Virus record (IMG/VR): IMGVR_UViG_3300029267_004162
Span: 198,651-262,650 of that record
DNA: 64,000 nucleotides
Strand: one strand, 5' to 3'
How positions within the stretch are numbered: position 1 is the first letter of the stretch; each line of letters opens with the position of its first letter. Below, piece by piece: positions 36,148 to 46,747 of this stretch. Under the pieces are notes generated by a model. The model was not told the DNA's origin. It did no database searches and was given only the letters and a program-made list of their open reading frames with translations. A program made the position numbers and the translations under genes.

Positions 36148-38796
36148 TTAGCTAGACGATTTGAACGCATTCACATCGACTGAGTAAACACCGAACACTC
36201 GTTTGATCGCATAACGCAGTACGAACCAGTATTGTACGTGGTACAACGTAGGATCGACTTCATCCCGGAAGACAATGATATCCGAGTTGGGGTCTAAGTC
36301 ACGGGAAGTAGCAGTCGATACCCCGGCTGAGGCATCATCACTGTATGGAGCAATGATTTGTCGGGATACGAGGACTCTCAACAGACCTGCCAAAGCAGCC
36401 CGAATCAAGAACACACCATGTTCTACGCTCATGGGGACGACACCGATTACCAAACGGTCTAGTTCCCGACGGATGTATTTGGTACAGAATTGCTTCTGTG
36501 CCATGGCGTTGATTTCGTGATAGTCCGGAGCAGAGAAGTCTATGGTTTGGGTATCAATGATACGGTTAAAACCATTCTTTCTTTCCAGGAAGGAATAGCC
36601 CACACCACCGATTCGACGCTGCTCTTCTTCATCAAAATTCTGAAGATCATCATAACCAGGAATGATCTTCCTCAATTCCGTTTCATGCGGCATATCAAAA
36701 CTAGCCCGCAAGGCGGCCATCGCTCCAGCAATGAAGGAGCCATCCAACGTTACACGAGCAATGGTTCTGTCTTCCTGATAGAAACTTCTCTTTGCCCAGT
36801 TGTTGGCCATCAAAACGAAGAGACCACGAGGTTGGTCACCATAGACCTGGAAGGTATCAGAGAAGCTGACGAGTGTGCCCTCTTCATCATTACTAAAACC
36901 GATCTCGGTTCCAACAGGGAAACCAACCCAAGCCAAGGACTCTTTGCCTTCGAATGGATCATTACGTTCGATCATAACCTGGTAAAGAGTATCACGAACA
37001 CCATGGTTACCAAGGACCACAAGGTCAGTAATCTCCTTGTTATACCGGGCTGAGTTGATGGCATTGCGATAGTCAATGTTATTGTATGTCCCATCACCAT
37101 CGAGATCCTGTACCTGGATAAAGGCACAAGTCCCAAGGAAGCCAAAACTCTCATATGCGTGATCCAACATCACGGAGAGGTGATTTTCTGAAGTGGGATA
37201 ACCAATCTCATCACGCCAGGTATCCCGAGTCACAAACGTGACAGCGTTGTAGGCTTCATCTGGTCGGGTGTACTGGACGGTAAGATAGTAACCCTGGCCT
37301 GGTTCTGGTGCATTGCGGTAGCTGTAATCCGCACGAACATCGACTCCAGGATCAGATGAGAACGAGATGTATGGGGTTCCACTGATCCAGCTAAACGGGA
37401 TAGGAGCGCCTGTATCAGCGTTGTATACCCCCATGACATCGGTCAACTGGGTTTCACTGACAAAGAGGTAAAAGGTTCGGCGAGTGCCAACGACTGAACC
37501 TGCGTGGTCATAGAAGATGTCCCCCGAAGTAATAATCTCACTGGTCTCTCGTTCCATGTCCCAGTTAAGACTGTCAGTGTTAATGGCGTCCAATTCAAAT
37601 TCATCAGACGGATCAAAATCTTCCAGATCAGAGAAGGCCAGATAAACACCATTTTCTAGTGGGATACGGTCTCTGGGGTACTGCACACTGTTGATTGTGG
37701 TGTTGTAGTAATCAACGACGAATACGCCACTGGCACCCTGCGGGTCGTCTGACCACCAGGAAATATCCAGGACTGATTTGGGTGAGATGGCAATCACGAT
37801 GAGGATGGTTTCACCATTATTGAAGTTGGACAGATCACTGAAGGAACAATAGAGTCCCGTACCTGCTACGACTTCAACATTCTCATTGGTGGTATTGGTA
37901 ATGGCAACTGCTGGTCCCGTGTGTAGGCCAGATGGGGTGACATCGAATTCTGGACCACCGGAAGGACCAACCAATTGGAAATTGGAAATTGTCAGGGTTA
38001 GCGTACCAGCAGTACCTCCAGTATAATCGGAGGGATCATCAATAACCATGTCACCACCACCGGTAGTAACATATGTTAGGCCACTGGTGAATAATGGGGT
38101 ACTAACGGTAGTTTCGTTTTCTACTAGTACGGTGTATTTCCGAGTCACACCCTTGTACTTGCTGTCTGGGTGTAGGGCCAAGACAGGCTCAGGGATTCGG
38201 GCAGTGAATGGCTCAGGACCGATTCGGCCAGGACCAATCAATTCTGTGATAACCTCAAAGTCAATGTCTTCCTCATAAGTCCGAGTATTGGGATTCCTAC
38301 CGACTCTTAGGATGCGTTCGGTTCCAGTGATTTCAGCAATCTGACCATACCGGTCTGGGACCTCGACTGCTGTACTCTGGTAATCTATGTAATAGTTGGC
38401 GGTTTGATCAAATCCCTCACTACTTAGTTGCAGGATTCGAAGATCACCACTGACATCCTCAAGGAAGGTGTAGAAGCGAGGATCAATTTCTTCTTGCTCA
38501 GTTAGTCCCTTGTATAGCCGAATTCGATTGCTTTCACCGGTGAAGCGGGTGTCAACTGGGAAATCAAGAACGGCTCGATAGGGAGCGGTAGAAGTAACAA
38601 AAGCCACATATTCGGCTTGAACGAATGAACGATCAAGTGGGAAATCCTGAAGCAACCGGCTTTCCCAACCCCTGCCAATGTAGCATGGGATGCGGGGAAT
38701 GTCTAAGCTAGCTACTGGTCGAGGAATATAAACCTGACCAATGTAGACGCCTGGTTTCACATAGCGAGTGGTTGTTAAACGATAATCAATAGCCAC
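36148..38796 (-). CDS. contractile tail sheath protein
   Basis: N-terminal RYVKPGVYIG and C-terminal sheath-like region (DGSFIAGAMAA...F.LRYAIKRVFG); GTG start at 38796 with AGGAG RBS. Confidence 0.8.
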   Translation of the reverse strand: MAIDYRLTTTRYVKPGVYIGQVYIPRPVASLDIPRIPCYIGRGWESRLLQDFPLDRSFVQAEYVAFVTSTAPYRAVLDFPVDTRFTGESNRIRLYKGLTEQEEIDPRFYTFLEDVSGDLRILQLSSEGFDQTANYYIDYQSTAVEVPDRYGQIAEITGTERILRVGRNPNTRTYEEDIDFEVITELIGPGRIGPEPFTARIPEPVLALHPDSKYKGVTRKYTVLVENETTVSTPLFTSGLTYVTTGGGDMVIDDPSDYTGGTAGTLTLTISNFQLVGPSGGPEFDVTPSGLHTGPAVAITNTTNENVEVVAGTGLYCSFSDLSNFNNGETILIVIAISPKSVLDISWWSDDPQGASGVFVVDYYNTTINSVQYPRDRIPLENGVYLAFSDLEDFDPSDEFELDAINTDSLNWDMERETSEIITSGDIFYDHAGSVVGTRRTFYLFVSETQLTDVMGVYNADTGAPIPFSWISGTPYISFSSDPGVDVRADYSYRNAPEPGQGYYLTVQYTRPDEAYNAVTFVTRDTWRDEIGYPTSENHLSVMLDHAYESFGFLGTCAFIQVQDLDGDGTYNNIDYRNAINSARYNKEITDLVVLGNHGVRDTLYQVMIERNDPFEGKESLAWVGFPVGTEIGFSNDEEGTLVSFSDTFQVYGDQPRGLFVLMANNWAKRSFYQEDRTIARVTLDGSFIAGAMAALRASFDMPHETELRKIIPGYDDLQNFDEEEQRRIGGVGYSFLERKNGFNRIIDTQTIDFSAPDYHEINAMAQKQFCTKYIRRELDRLVIGVVPMSVEHGVFLIRAALAGLLRVLVSRQIIAPYSDDASAGVSTATSRDLDPNSDIIVFRDEVDPTLYHVQYWFVLRYAIKRVFGVYSVDVNAFKSSS

Positions 38797-38936
38797 AGTA
38801 TTCTCCTGGGAGGGTTTCGTTATTAAAGAGCCTTCACTTCTATTCAAAAACTTTGCTTGGTGAAGGAAAAAAGAAGAATTCGTCAAAAAGGAAAGATTGT
38901 TTTTCCACCTCTAAAAAGTATTGGAGAGGTATTGCC

Positions 38937-41108
38937 TTGGACGGAATAACACTAAGAGAATATCAAAAACCAGCCTTGTCTGAGCTGTTACGGGAAATGG
39001 ACAAAGCTTTTGCTTCAAAAGGTCCCTCTTTCGTCGGGTTGGAGGGTTCAACAGGGTCGGGGAAAACCATCGTCTCTTTGGTCGCTGTTTTTCGACACAT
39101 TAGGACTTTACCGCCTGAGGGGAGGCCACGGGTATACGCTTTTGTGCGTACTCGTTCTCAGATGCAATCTTTTCTTCGAGATTGCACTCTTGTTGGAATA
39201 CCAGCAATTGGGCTACCTTCTAAATCCACGTGTTGTCCAAATGATGTGACTAAAGAATTGGAAGATCCAACCGAGCTTTACAATCAGATTAACACGGCAG
39301 AAGAAGAAATTCCCGAAGCCAAATCTGAAGGAGCAAAGAGGGGGCTTCGAAAAAGCAAAGGACACAGCGGTGAGCGACAGCGGTTGCTGGACAGAATAGA
39401 AGACACAGTGGATGGCCGCTGTGTCACGTGCCCTATGAATCCCCTCTTTTATGAGTCGTATCGAGAAAACACTGATTCGGAGTTTAAGAAGAAACACGCG
39501 AAACGCTTGGGAGCCTTGGAAGAGTACGACCAGCAATTTGGGGTACGTACTCACGGTCTAAGTGCCAGGTTCGTTGAAATCCTGAAAGACCTTCAGGATC
39601 TGGATCAAGCTCGTGAGAATTTCAAAAAGGAATTCCCATATGCCTGTCCATATCCCCTTGTAAAAGCGGTTTTGAAAAACTATCCCCTTATCATTCTGAC
39701 ATACCCTTATATCCTGAATCACAGCATCCGGGAGCTGATGTTCAACGAGAGATTCCTTGGTAATCCCTCCATAGTCATTATGGACGAAGCTCACCACATG
39801 GACCAAATCAAGGATAACTCTAATCACACTCTGTCCGTGTATATTCTGAAAAGATTATCCGCAGCGTACCGCAAAGGCAAAAGCCAGATTCCAGCCTCTA
39901 TTGCTGGACGCTGTGGTCGGATGGTTCAGACCATTGATTTTGTTTTGGATAGGTGGCAGAATTTCAAAGGAAGAGGATCGCAACGGCTTACACCCCAACA
40001 TTTCACTCAATTGTTTGGGGATGTCAACAAAGTTCTGACGACATGCGAGTATTTTAGGGCCGTCTTTATATTCATCTCCACTTTCAAAGATAAACAACTT
40101 TCACACAAGGGTACCCTTGACAATCAAGATAGGGGTCTGTTACGAACCCTGACTTCAATTGCAACCTTTGGTAAGCTCGTCTGGACGATAGCCGAGTCTT
40201 TAGCCAGAACCCACCCCAAGTTCGGGGCCACGGTGCAGGTAGCGCATTTGGCTAAAATGGATATAGATCCTGCTCTTGTCTCTTCAGGAAGGGCGATGGA
40301 TAAAGGGCATCACATTCGTTCGTATTGTGATTTTGAACGCCAAGCCCTCTCAGTCCAATCCTTAGATTACAGTCCTGACATCGCTAGAGCCTTCAAGGCT
40401 ACCTCGGTCGTGCTGATGTTAAGTGGAACTCTACCCAGTCCTGCTTCATTCCGGTATTTATTTGGCATCTCTCCCGCCTTAGTAAAAATGAACGCAAAAG
40501 TGGGGGCATCATCGGTGCTAAAGGTTCAAGGGGTGACAAGTAAGTGGGGTGATCGGGGGGACAAAACGTATAGAACTTATGGGGACATCGTTCAAGAACT
40601 GCACAAGCAAGCTGCTCGTAATACACTGGTCGTTTTCACTTCAAACGCGTTCATGAATGCCTGCGCTAGGTTTATGCCGCCAGTGGCGTGGTACGAAACA
40701 AATCAGACCACAACTGATTTGTTAGAAGCTCTGCGGGTTAGAAAAAAGCCAAACATCTATTGTATCGTAGCAGGGTCCAGACTATCTGAAGGAGTTGAAT
40801 TCGTTAATGAAGAGGGACTAAGTTATTTTGATGTATCAGTCATCTGTGGGATTCCTCTTCCCCCGCCCACTCCCATGACTGATGACCAAACAGAATACCT
40901 TCAGATTAAGAAGAGAGTGTCGGCGGGAGTAGCACGAGAACTACTATCTTTTGAGGTAGGATATCAAAAAGTTCGTCAAGCCTTTGGTCGATGTGTTCGA
41001 GGCCCCAAAGATAGTGTGCAGGTCTTTTTGGCCGATGATAGGTATATTTCCTGGCGGTTTTGGAAGAATAAATTTCCGGTTGGTCATCTAACCTGGGAAC
41101 AAGACTGA
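38937..41108 (+). CDS. XPD/Rad3/DinG-family SF2 helicase with Fe-S cysteines
   Basis: LEGSTGSGKT, RT.SQ, C..C..CPY, MDEAH, LSGTL, SEGVEF, QAFGRCVRG..D; probable TTG start at 38937. Confidence 0.9.
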   Translation: MDGITLREYQKPALSELLREMDKAFASKGPSFVGLEGSTGSGKTIVSLVAVFRHIRTLPPEGRPRVYAFVRTRSQMQSFLRDCTLVGIPAIGLPSKSTCCPNDVTKELEDPTELYNQINTAEEEIPEAKSEGAKRGLRKSKGHSGERQRLLDRIEDTVDGRCVTCPMNPLFYESYRENTDSEFKKKHAKRLGALEEYDQQFGVRTHGLSARFVEILKDLQDLDQARENFKKEFPYACPYPLVKAVLKNYPLIILTYPYILNHSIRELMFNERFLGNPSIVIMDEAHHMDQIKDNSNHTLSVYILKRLSAAYRKGKSQIPASIAGRCGRMVQTIDFVLDRWQNFKGRGSQRLTPQHFTQLFGDVNKVLTTCEYFRAVFIFISTFKDKQLSHKGTLDNQDRGLLRTLTSIATFGKLVWTIAESLARTHPKFGATVQVAHLAKMDIDPALVSSGRAMDKGHHIRSYCDFERQALSVQSLDYSPDIARAFKATSVVLMLSGTLPSPASFRYLFGISPALVKMNAKVGASSVLKVQGVTSKWGDRGDKTYRTYGDIVQELHKQAARNTLVVFTSNAFMNACARFMPPVAWYETNQTTTDLLEALRVRKKPNIYCIVAGSRLSEGVEFVNEEGLSYFDVSVICGIPLPPPTPMTDDQTEYLQIKKRVSAGVARELLSFEVGYQKVRQAFGRCVRGPKDSVQVFLADDRYISWRFWKNKFPVGHLTWEQD

Positions 41109-41116
41109 GGTGTATT

Positions 41117-41722
41117 TTGCGCAAGCCTGATTTTGAAGCATACCTATTAGAACTCAACTGTCTTAGCCATCGTAGGATAGTTTTCTTAGGCCGGGGTGTA
41201 AATGATGACGAGGAATCCGGGGTGGATACAGAGATGGTTAGGAAAGCCTCCCTGGCTCTTCTCGAACTAGATGCCGCAGAAGAAAAACCCATAGGGATTT
41301 TGATTCACAGTTTTGGTGGAGATGTGCTGGCGGGGTATAGCCTGTTTGATCTAATCTCAGGTTGTAGGAGTCATGTTACCACAGTGGTGTGTGGTGCTGC
41401 GTGTTCTGCTGCTAGTTTCTTTATGCAAGCCGCCGACGAGCGCGTGATAACCCCCAATTCTTGGTTGATGCTTCATGACGGTTTTTATTCCATGTCTGAC
41501 ATGAAAAAGAAAGACGCCATGGAGACGATACGGGTGTACAAAGAGTGGTCAGACCAGTTTGCTCGTGTATACATGGAGAAGATGGGGTTGTCCCTTTCTC
41601 GCGTAAAGAAGATTTTGGAAAATGATAAATGGATCGGGGCTAAAGAAGCAATCGAAATGAAATTAGTTGACCGAATCGCTCCAACCTGGAAAGACGCTTT
41701 GCCAACGGCCTATACTGGGTAA
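41117..41722 (+). CDS. clpP: ClpP-like serine protease
   Basis: IHSFGGDVLAG, ACSAAS (catalytic Ser), MLHD (His), DKWIGAKEA. Confidence 0.85.
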   Translation: MRKPDFEAYLLELNCLSHRRIVFLGRGVNDDEESGVDTEMVRKASLALLELDAAEEKPIGILIHSFGGDVLAGYSLFDLISGCRSHVTTVVCGAACSAASFFMQAADERVITPNSWLMLHDGFYSMSDMKKKDAMETIRVYKEWSDQFARVYMEKMGLSLSRVKKILENDKWIGAKEAIEMKLVDRIAPTWKDALPTAYTG

Positions 41723-42650
41723 CTTGATGAGCATTCGAACTCAGACAGAAATTTGGCGTAGGCTAAATGAGCTTAGGTTCGACACCGCTAAGGCTCAGGA
41801 GACTCGAAAAGATTACGTCTTCCGATGTTGTTTTCACAAGGAAAACACACCATCTCTCTATGTGAATAAAGAAAAGGGTTTCTTCTTTTGTTTTGGTTGT
41901 GGCGAAAAGGGGTCTTTCGATAAACTAGTTCGTCATTTGGGGGGCGACGTTAAGGAAAGAAAAAAGCACACGGCTGAACAAGAAATACACCAACTTCTTG
42001 AAACGGTTAGCCCGCAAAAAGACCTAAAAAGGGTCACATATGGAATGTGTTTGAGCCCCGTCACATTTGAGTGGAGAGGGTTTAGCCCCGGTTTCTTAGG
42101 GGAAATGGGTTGTAAACTGTGGGAACAAGATGTTTCGCGGGGAACGATAGTCAAGTACATCCCAAGAATTCATATGCCCATTGAGATGAAGGGAATTCGA
42201 TATGGCTATGCTGCTTGTATGGTTAACAGGAGTAACGCAACCGAAGTCGAGACATACAAAAAGATACTGTATAATTCTGGGTTGAAGATGTCCGCCCTAT
42301 TCATGGGGTTTGATCGATTGAAACCCAACCGAGAAATTGTTCTGGTAGAAGGACCAGTTGATTGGTTGCGGATGAAACAGTACGGGTTTAACGTGGTCTC
42401 CATACTAGGGACTACCGGATGGTCTCCAGGGAAAGCTACCTCTCTGTTGGCGAAATCTCCCAGAAAAATCTTCATATGTATGGACGGAGACAAAGCAGGC
42501 AGGAAAGCAGGCAGGATTATCCTTAATTCGTTATCAAAGTATCCTGTCCCAGCAAAGGAAATCAGGTTGCCAGAGAAAGAAGACCCAGATAGTGTGCGAC
42601 CTGATTTTTGGGCTGAAATGATCGGAGAGATCAAGAAGGTGAGAAAATGA
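41667..42650 (+). CDS. DNA primase (CHC2 zinc finger plus TOPRIM)
   Basis: CCFHKENTPS, FCFGCG, VEGPVD, MDGDKAG. Confidence 0.9.
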   Translation: MTESLQPGKTLCQRPILGNLMSIRTQTEIWRRLNELRFDTAKAQETRKDYVFRCCFHKENTPSLYVNKEKGFFFCFGCGEKGSFDKLVRHLGGDVKERKKHTAEQEIHQLLETVSPQKDLKRVTYGMCLSPVTFEWRGFSPGFLGEMGCKLWEQDVSRGTIVKYIPRIHMPIEMKGIRYGYAACMVNRSNATEVETYKKILYNSGLKMSALFMGFDRLKPNREIVLVEGPVDWLRMKQYGFNVVSILGTTGWSPGKATSLLAKSPRKIFICMDGDKAGRKAGRIILNSLSKYPVPAKEIRLPEKEDPDSVRPDFWAEMIGEIKKVRK

Positions 42651-43009
42651 AAGTCACGAAAGCTTTTTGTAACTTGACTGGACAAGAGTTATCTCACGGA
42701 GTAAGTTTCGATTCTGGTGAGTCTCACTGGGATTTTCGAGAGGATTTTGGAGCTTTGTTGTTGGCGACCATGGGTGGGCCTCATGAAGTGTCGCTTTTTA
42801 GTCGGGCGATACAACTTTTAGCCGAAGCCGAAATCAAGGTTACGATTGTGGGTTTTCAAATTAATCGGATTCGTAATGCCAAGGAATTAACAGTCATGGT
42901 ACCGAAGGAGGAATTCTCTCACGCACTTGACATTTGCAAAGAAAAAACTGTACCTGTTGTTGGTCATGAAGACACATTTTTGGAATTCGTTGAAAGTCTA
43001 CTAATCTAG
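42647..43009 (+). CDS. hypothetical protein
   Basis: 120 aa; overlaps the primase stop. Confidence 0.6.
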   Translation: MKVTKAFCNLTGQELSHGVSFDSGESHWDFREDFGALLLATMGGPHEVSLFSRAIQLLAEAEIKVTIVGFQINRIRNAKELTVMVPKEEFSHALDICKEKTVPVVGHEDTFLEFVESLLI

Positions 43010-43018
43010 GAGCAGATC

Positions 43019-43342
43019 ATGGCGAAGAAAGAACAACCAAAACCCCGGACCAAAACTCAATTAGTCTCGGAGATCGCTGAACGGGTGGGCTATACTAAGG
43101 CTGAAGTAAGGGCGGTTTTTGAAGCTATTCAAGAGATTATTGCTGAGGATTTGTCACCCAAGGGGCCGGAATCATTTAACTTGTATGGCATATTGAAGAT
43201 CAATGTGAAACACACTCCGGCGATGCCCGAACGTCCAGGTGTGAATCCTGGCACTGGGGAACCCACTACTTATCGTGCCAAACCCGCAGGGAAGAAAATT
43301 AAGATTCGTCCTCTGAAACCTCTTAAGGATGCATTGGTCTAG
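43019..43342 (+). CDS. HU/IHF-family DNA-binding protein
   Basis: TKTQLVSEIAE..G.TK..V, GILKI, RPGVNPGTGE. Confidence 0.93.
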   Translation: MAKKEQPKPRTKTQLVSEIAERVGYTKAEVRAVFEAIQEIIAEDLSPKGPESFNLYGILKINVKHTPAMPERPGVNPGTGEPTTYRAKPAGKKIKIRPLKPLKDALV

Positions 43343-43358
43343 TGTCTTCCTTTCCTTG

Positions 43359-43389
43359 CGCCCCGTAGTCCCACTGGGGCTGCGGGGTG
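43359..43389 (+). terminator. 14-bp hairpin after the HU gene
   Basis: CGCCCCGTAGTCCC-ACT-GGGGCTGCGGGGTG with GU pairs, followed by TTT. Confidence 0.55.
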
Positions 43390-44373
43390 TTTGAATTAGC
43401 TGAGGATGAATTGGCAAGATTACCCCAATTTTTACAGGACATCGCGACTCAGTTGGAACACCTTTGGAAAGAGGGACAGGCGGTTCCCACTTTTCCTCAG
43501 TCTCGGATGTCTCGACAACCCTTTTGTCCCCGAGCCATGTATTATGATTTCAACGATAAAACCGCAGAAGCTGAATTCTCTTGGTCTAGTGACCTGATTC
43601 TTTCCGTTGGGACAGCCATCCACGAGGTTATGCAGAGGTGGATTCCTCTAAAGATCGAGACCTTCGGGAATTGGGTATGTGATGGAGGAAACTCCCCCAG
43701 ATCAGGATGCGGGTACAAAACGAAGGAACCTGTTTGGCACAAGGGATTGTGCCCCAAGTGTAAGCGAGAGATGCTCACCTATGTGGAGCTTGAGTTTCGG
43801 GACAAAAGACTAGGCCAAGTGTTCCAGGACGGGGACCAATGGATTGAACACCCTCACACCGGGCATTGCGATGGAGTTTGGCGGTGGGAAGATCTGATCA
43901 TTCTTGTAGATTACAAGACGACTACTCCAGAGAGTCTGAAATTCATGTGTGGTTATCCCTCATACTCTCACCAGACACAGACTACAATCTACGCGGAAAA
44001 ACTGCTAGCTCAGTACAATCTCAAAACTGATTTTATCGTTGTTTTTTACATCAATAGAGATGTCAGCACCAGACGGTTCAATTGGGAGTTGATGTGTCTT
44101 GAACCAGACTGGGCATTGTATGAAACCTATGCACGGGCAATTGAATATGGGTGGAAGTGCATTCGGAACAACAAGGTACCGCGATGGGGAATCTGTCATT
44201 CAACAGCTAACACCTACTTCTGCCCGCATACAGACAGATGTTTTGCGAATTGTGATAGTCCGGCTAGCCGAAACTCAAAGGTAGCCGACATTCTCAGTGG
44301 TGGGGAATCGGAGGGTCTGAGTGACGCCCTAGGGAAATGGGATCTTGGGGGTGGAGATAACTCGGGATACTAA
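43387..44373 (+). CDS. Cas4-like PD-(D/E)XK exonuclease
   Basis: FCPR, GTAIH, GHCDG, VDYKT, QT.IY and C-terminal C......CP....C. Confidence 0.8.
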   Translation: MFELAEDELARLPQFLQDIATQLEHLWKEGQAVPTFPQSRMSRQPFCPRAMYYDFNDKTAEAEFSWSSDLILSVGTAIHEVMQRWIPLKIETFGNWVCDGGNSPRSGCGYKTKEPVWHKGLCPKCKREMLTYVELEFRDKRLGQVFQDGDQWIEHPHTGHCDGVWRWEDLIILVDYKTTTPESLKFMCGYPSYSHQTQTTIYAEKLLAQYNLKTDFIVVFYINRDVSTRRFNWELMCLEPDWALYETYARAIEYGWKCIRNNKVPRWGICHSTANTYFCPHTDRCFANCDSPASRNSKVADILSGGESEGLSDALGKWDLGGGDNSGY

Positions 44374-44580
44374 AATGAAAACTGAGCCTTTTCAAAATCA
44401 ACTTGTCGCGGTTGGTACTGTTCAAACACTAACGCAACATTGTGTTGTCTGCCCGGGGTGTCATAGGCGAGGCCCTCTTCGTAGTACGATTGCGGCGGCG
44501 TGGCGCGCGGCAGACTTACGGGGTTGGGCCGAAATGTGAAGAGAAGAAAGATGTAGTGTTCGCGGCGAAAGGATTGACTG

Positions 44581-44868
44581 ATGAAACAAACACAGGAAAT
44601 TGATCGGTGCGGCTCTTTGGAAATGCCCCGGTATAGGTGTTACAAAACAGTACACGCTTTGAAGCTGGCGGCGGTACAATTGGCCGCAGACGGGGCGACT
44701 GCTGTGCTAACGCCATGCGAAGATCGTTACGCGCCTTTCGAGGTGCCCGGCGAGTATATCGACAAGCACAATCCCCAACCCGGCGGCTACTACGTCGTTT
44801 ACGCGGACGGCTACAAGTCGTTCAGCCCTGCCGAGGCGTTCGAGGCCGGATACGTCTTGGAGGAGTAA
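44581..44868 (+). CDS. conserved small phage protein (GYYV.Y.DGY.S.SP..FE.GY family)
   Basis: MPRYRCYKTVHALK...PQPGGYYVVYADGYKSFSPAEAFEAGY. Confidence 0.75.
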   Translation: MKQTQEIDRCGSLEMPRYRCYKTVHALKLAAVQLAADGATAVLTPCEDRYAPFEVPGEYIDKHNPQPGGYYVVYADGYKSFSPAEAFEAGYVLEE

Positions 44869-44920
44869 ATCATGGGTCTGCTACTAATCGCCCGAACCAC
44901 TGGAACCATTTGGAATACGA

Positions 44921-45325
44921 ATGAAAACTGAACGGACATTGGTCATACTGAAACCTGATTGCATACGTCGTCATCTGATAGGTCAAGTGATAGACCGTCT
45001 TGAGAGAGGTGGGTTGTGTATTGAATTCTTACGTCTTACCACCCTGCCCCGTTTTGTGGTCGAAGAGCATTATGCTGAACACGAAAAGAAACCCTTCTTT
45101 CAAGACTTGGTAACCTTCCTGGTGTCGGGACCAGTCATTGTGATGATGCTCTCCGGCGTCCGAGCCGTTTCGATTGTCAGGAAACTAGTCGGAGACACTG
45201 ATAGTGATTTTGCTAGTCCTGGAACCATCCGGGGAGATTGGGGAATGGGGATGCAGAATCTGATTCACGCAAGTAGTTCTGTGGAAGCCGCTGAGAAAGA
45301 GCTTGCCATTTTGAGTGTGTGTTGA
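44921..45325 (+). CDS. ndk: nucleoside diphosphate kinase
   Basis: ERTLVILKPD, HYAEH.KPFF, SGPV, PGTIRGD, NLIHAS. Confidence 0.95.
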   Translation: MKTERTLVILKPDCIRRHLIGQVIDRLERGGLCIEFLRLTTLPRFVVEEHYAEHEKKPFFQDLVTFLVSGPVIVMMLSGVRAVSIVRKLVGDTDSDFASPGTIRGDWGMGMQNLIHASSSVEAAEKELAILSVC

Positions 45326-45342
45326 CTAGTGAGTAATATGAG

Positions 45343-45633
45343 ATGGACGGACCACAAAAAGCTGTAGCCATTTATCACCAAGTACAGGAAATGCTGGCCT
45401 TAATTCGTCAGGTCAGAAATAGTACCAGGGTTGATAAACTATTCGTTGGGCTGGGGGTATTTCGTCTTTTGGGATTTATCGCTAATAATTCCAAAGTGGA
45501 TTTGGAACGTCCGAAAGTGTATTACCAATTTAGAACAACACGCATCGAAAATGCGGATGATTTTCTTAGTGTGGTGGAAGAATACTGTAATAAAATATGT
45601 GATCAACTTGTGATTGACATATCTCCAGGCTAG
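45343..45633 (+). CDS. hypothetical protein
   Basis: 96-aa ORF. Confidence 0.55.
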   Translation: MDGPQKAVAIYHQVQEMLALIRQVRNSTRVDKLFVGLGVFRLLGFIANNSKVDLERPKVYYQFRTTRIENADDFLSVVEEYCNKICDQLVIDISPG

Positions 45634-46747
45634 GAGTAAGAGATTGGCTAAGAAGAAAAAACCCGCAGTTATTAGTTCAGATGGGTTTGCGGATTTGGTT
45701 GATCAGGCTGCTGGGCAAATTAGCACCGAGATCAAGCTCTTAAACATCCAAGAAGCTAAGATACAAACCGTCAATTCAAAAACTGGTTTGCCCTCCGGAG
45801 TGTTGATGATCGACCTCCTGTTGTATGGGGGCCTTCCCAATGGAAAATTTGCTTCTATCCACGGGGAGACGGGATCAGGTAAGACCACCTTTGCAAATTT
45901 GATGATGGGGGCAGCACACGCACAGAAGCGCCCGGTTCTGTATGTTGATGCGGAACAAGCGAGAGACAATCCCTATCTGAAAAAGTTCAAGGTGAAGTTC
46001 AACAACAAGGATCTCTTTCAGTACGCTTTGCCGGTGACTGGTGAAGGAGCCTTCAAGCTGATAAAGAGGGTGTTAGAGAATTGGCCTGATGACAAACAAC
46101 CTGGCCCTCTGATAGTGCTGGACAGTTTTAAGGCTCTTACCCCTCGGGTTCGTACCGAAGACGAGGATAGTGAAAAACCCGCCTTGCATGCTCGTATGGC
46201 TTCTAAGTGGTTGGGAGATATCAAAAATTCAGTGGGGCTAAAAAACGCCATATTCCTGATGATTAATCAACGACGATTGAACATTATGGCATCCTACGGT
46301 AATCCCATTATAGAACCTGGTGGGGAAGCCGTGTTGTTGACCCCTGATATTCGCATCATGTCATCAGCTATAGGTCGAGGAAAAGCGCCAGAAACTGGGT
46401 TTATTGATTGTCGTTTGAGGTTGGTTAAATCCCGACATTGTCCACCGTTTAGGATGGTGGATGCTCGTCTGAATATAGGAATGGGGTTTGATCCGCTGTG
46501 GGATACCTGGCAGTATTTATTGGCTACAGATCAAGCGGAGGTGGTGGGTGGTAGATACGCTATTTGGTGGGAAGGGAAAGAACCGGCGAAATCTTATCGA
46601 TATTCGGACGGGGCATTTCGGGAACTTCTAATGCAGACCCGTGTTCAATGTCGGAAACAACTTGAAACCGGAGAGTTTAAGGGCCTCTATGAGGCGCAGT
46701 ATTTCTCTGATAAAGACATTGAACAAGCCGTAGAAAATGAAGATTAA
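45614..46747 (+). CDS. RecA/UvsX-like recombinase
   Basis: PSG...IDL..GGLP.G, GETGSGKTT, VDAE, IVLDS, INQ.R, PGGEA. Confidence 0.92.
   Translation: MTYLQARSKRLAKKKKPAVISSDGFADLVDQAAGQISTEIKLLNIQEAKIQTVNSKTGLPSGVLMIDLLLYGGLPNGKFASIHGETGSGKTTFANLMMGAAHAQKRPVLYVDAEQARDNPYLKKFKVKFNNKDLFQYALPVTGEGAFKLIKRVLENWPDDKQPGPLIVLDSFKALTPRVRTEDEDSEKPALHARMASKWLGDIKNSVGLKNAIFLMINQRRLNIMASYGNPIIEPGGEAVLLTPDIRIMSSAIGRGKAPETGFIDCRLRLVKSRHCPPFRMVDARLNIGMGFDPLWDTWQYLLATDQAEVVGGRYAIWWEGKEPAKSYRYSDGAFRELLMQTRVQCRKQLETGEFKGLYEAQYFSDKDIEQAVENED

Noticed and set aside
43387-44373. CRISPR-Cas adaptation module
   Set aside because: Cas4-like gene is alone; no cas1, cas2 or repeats
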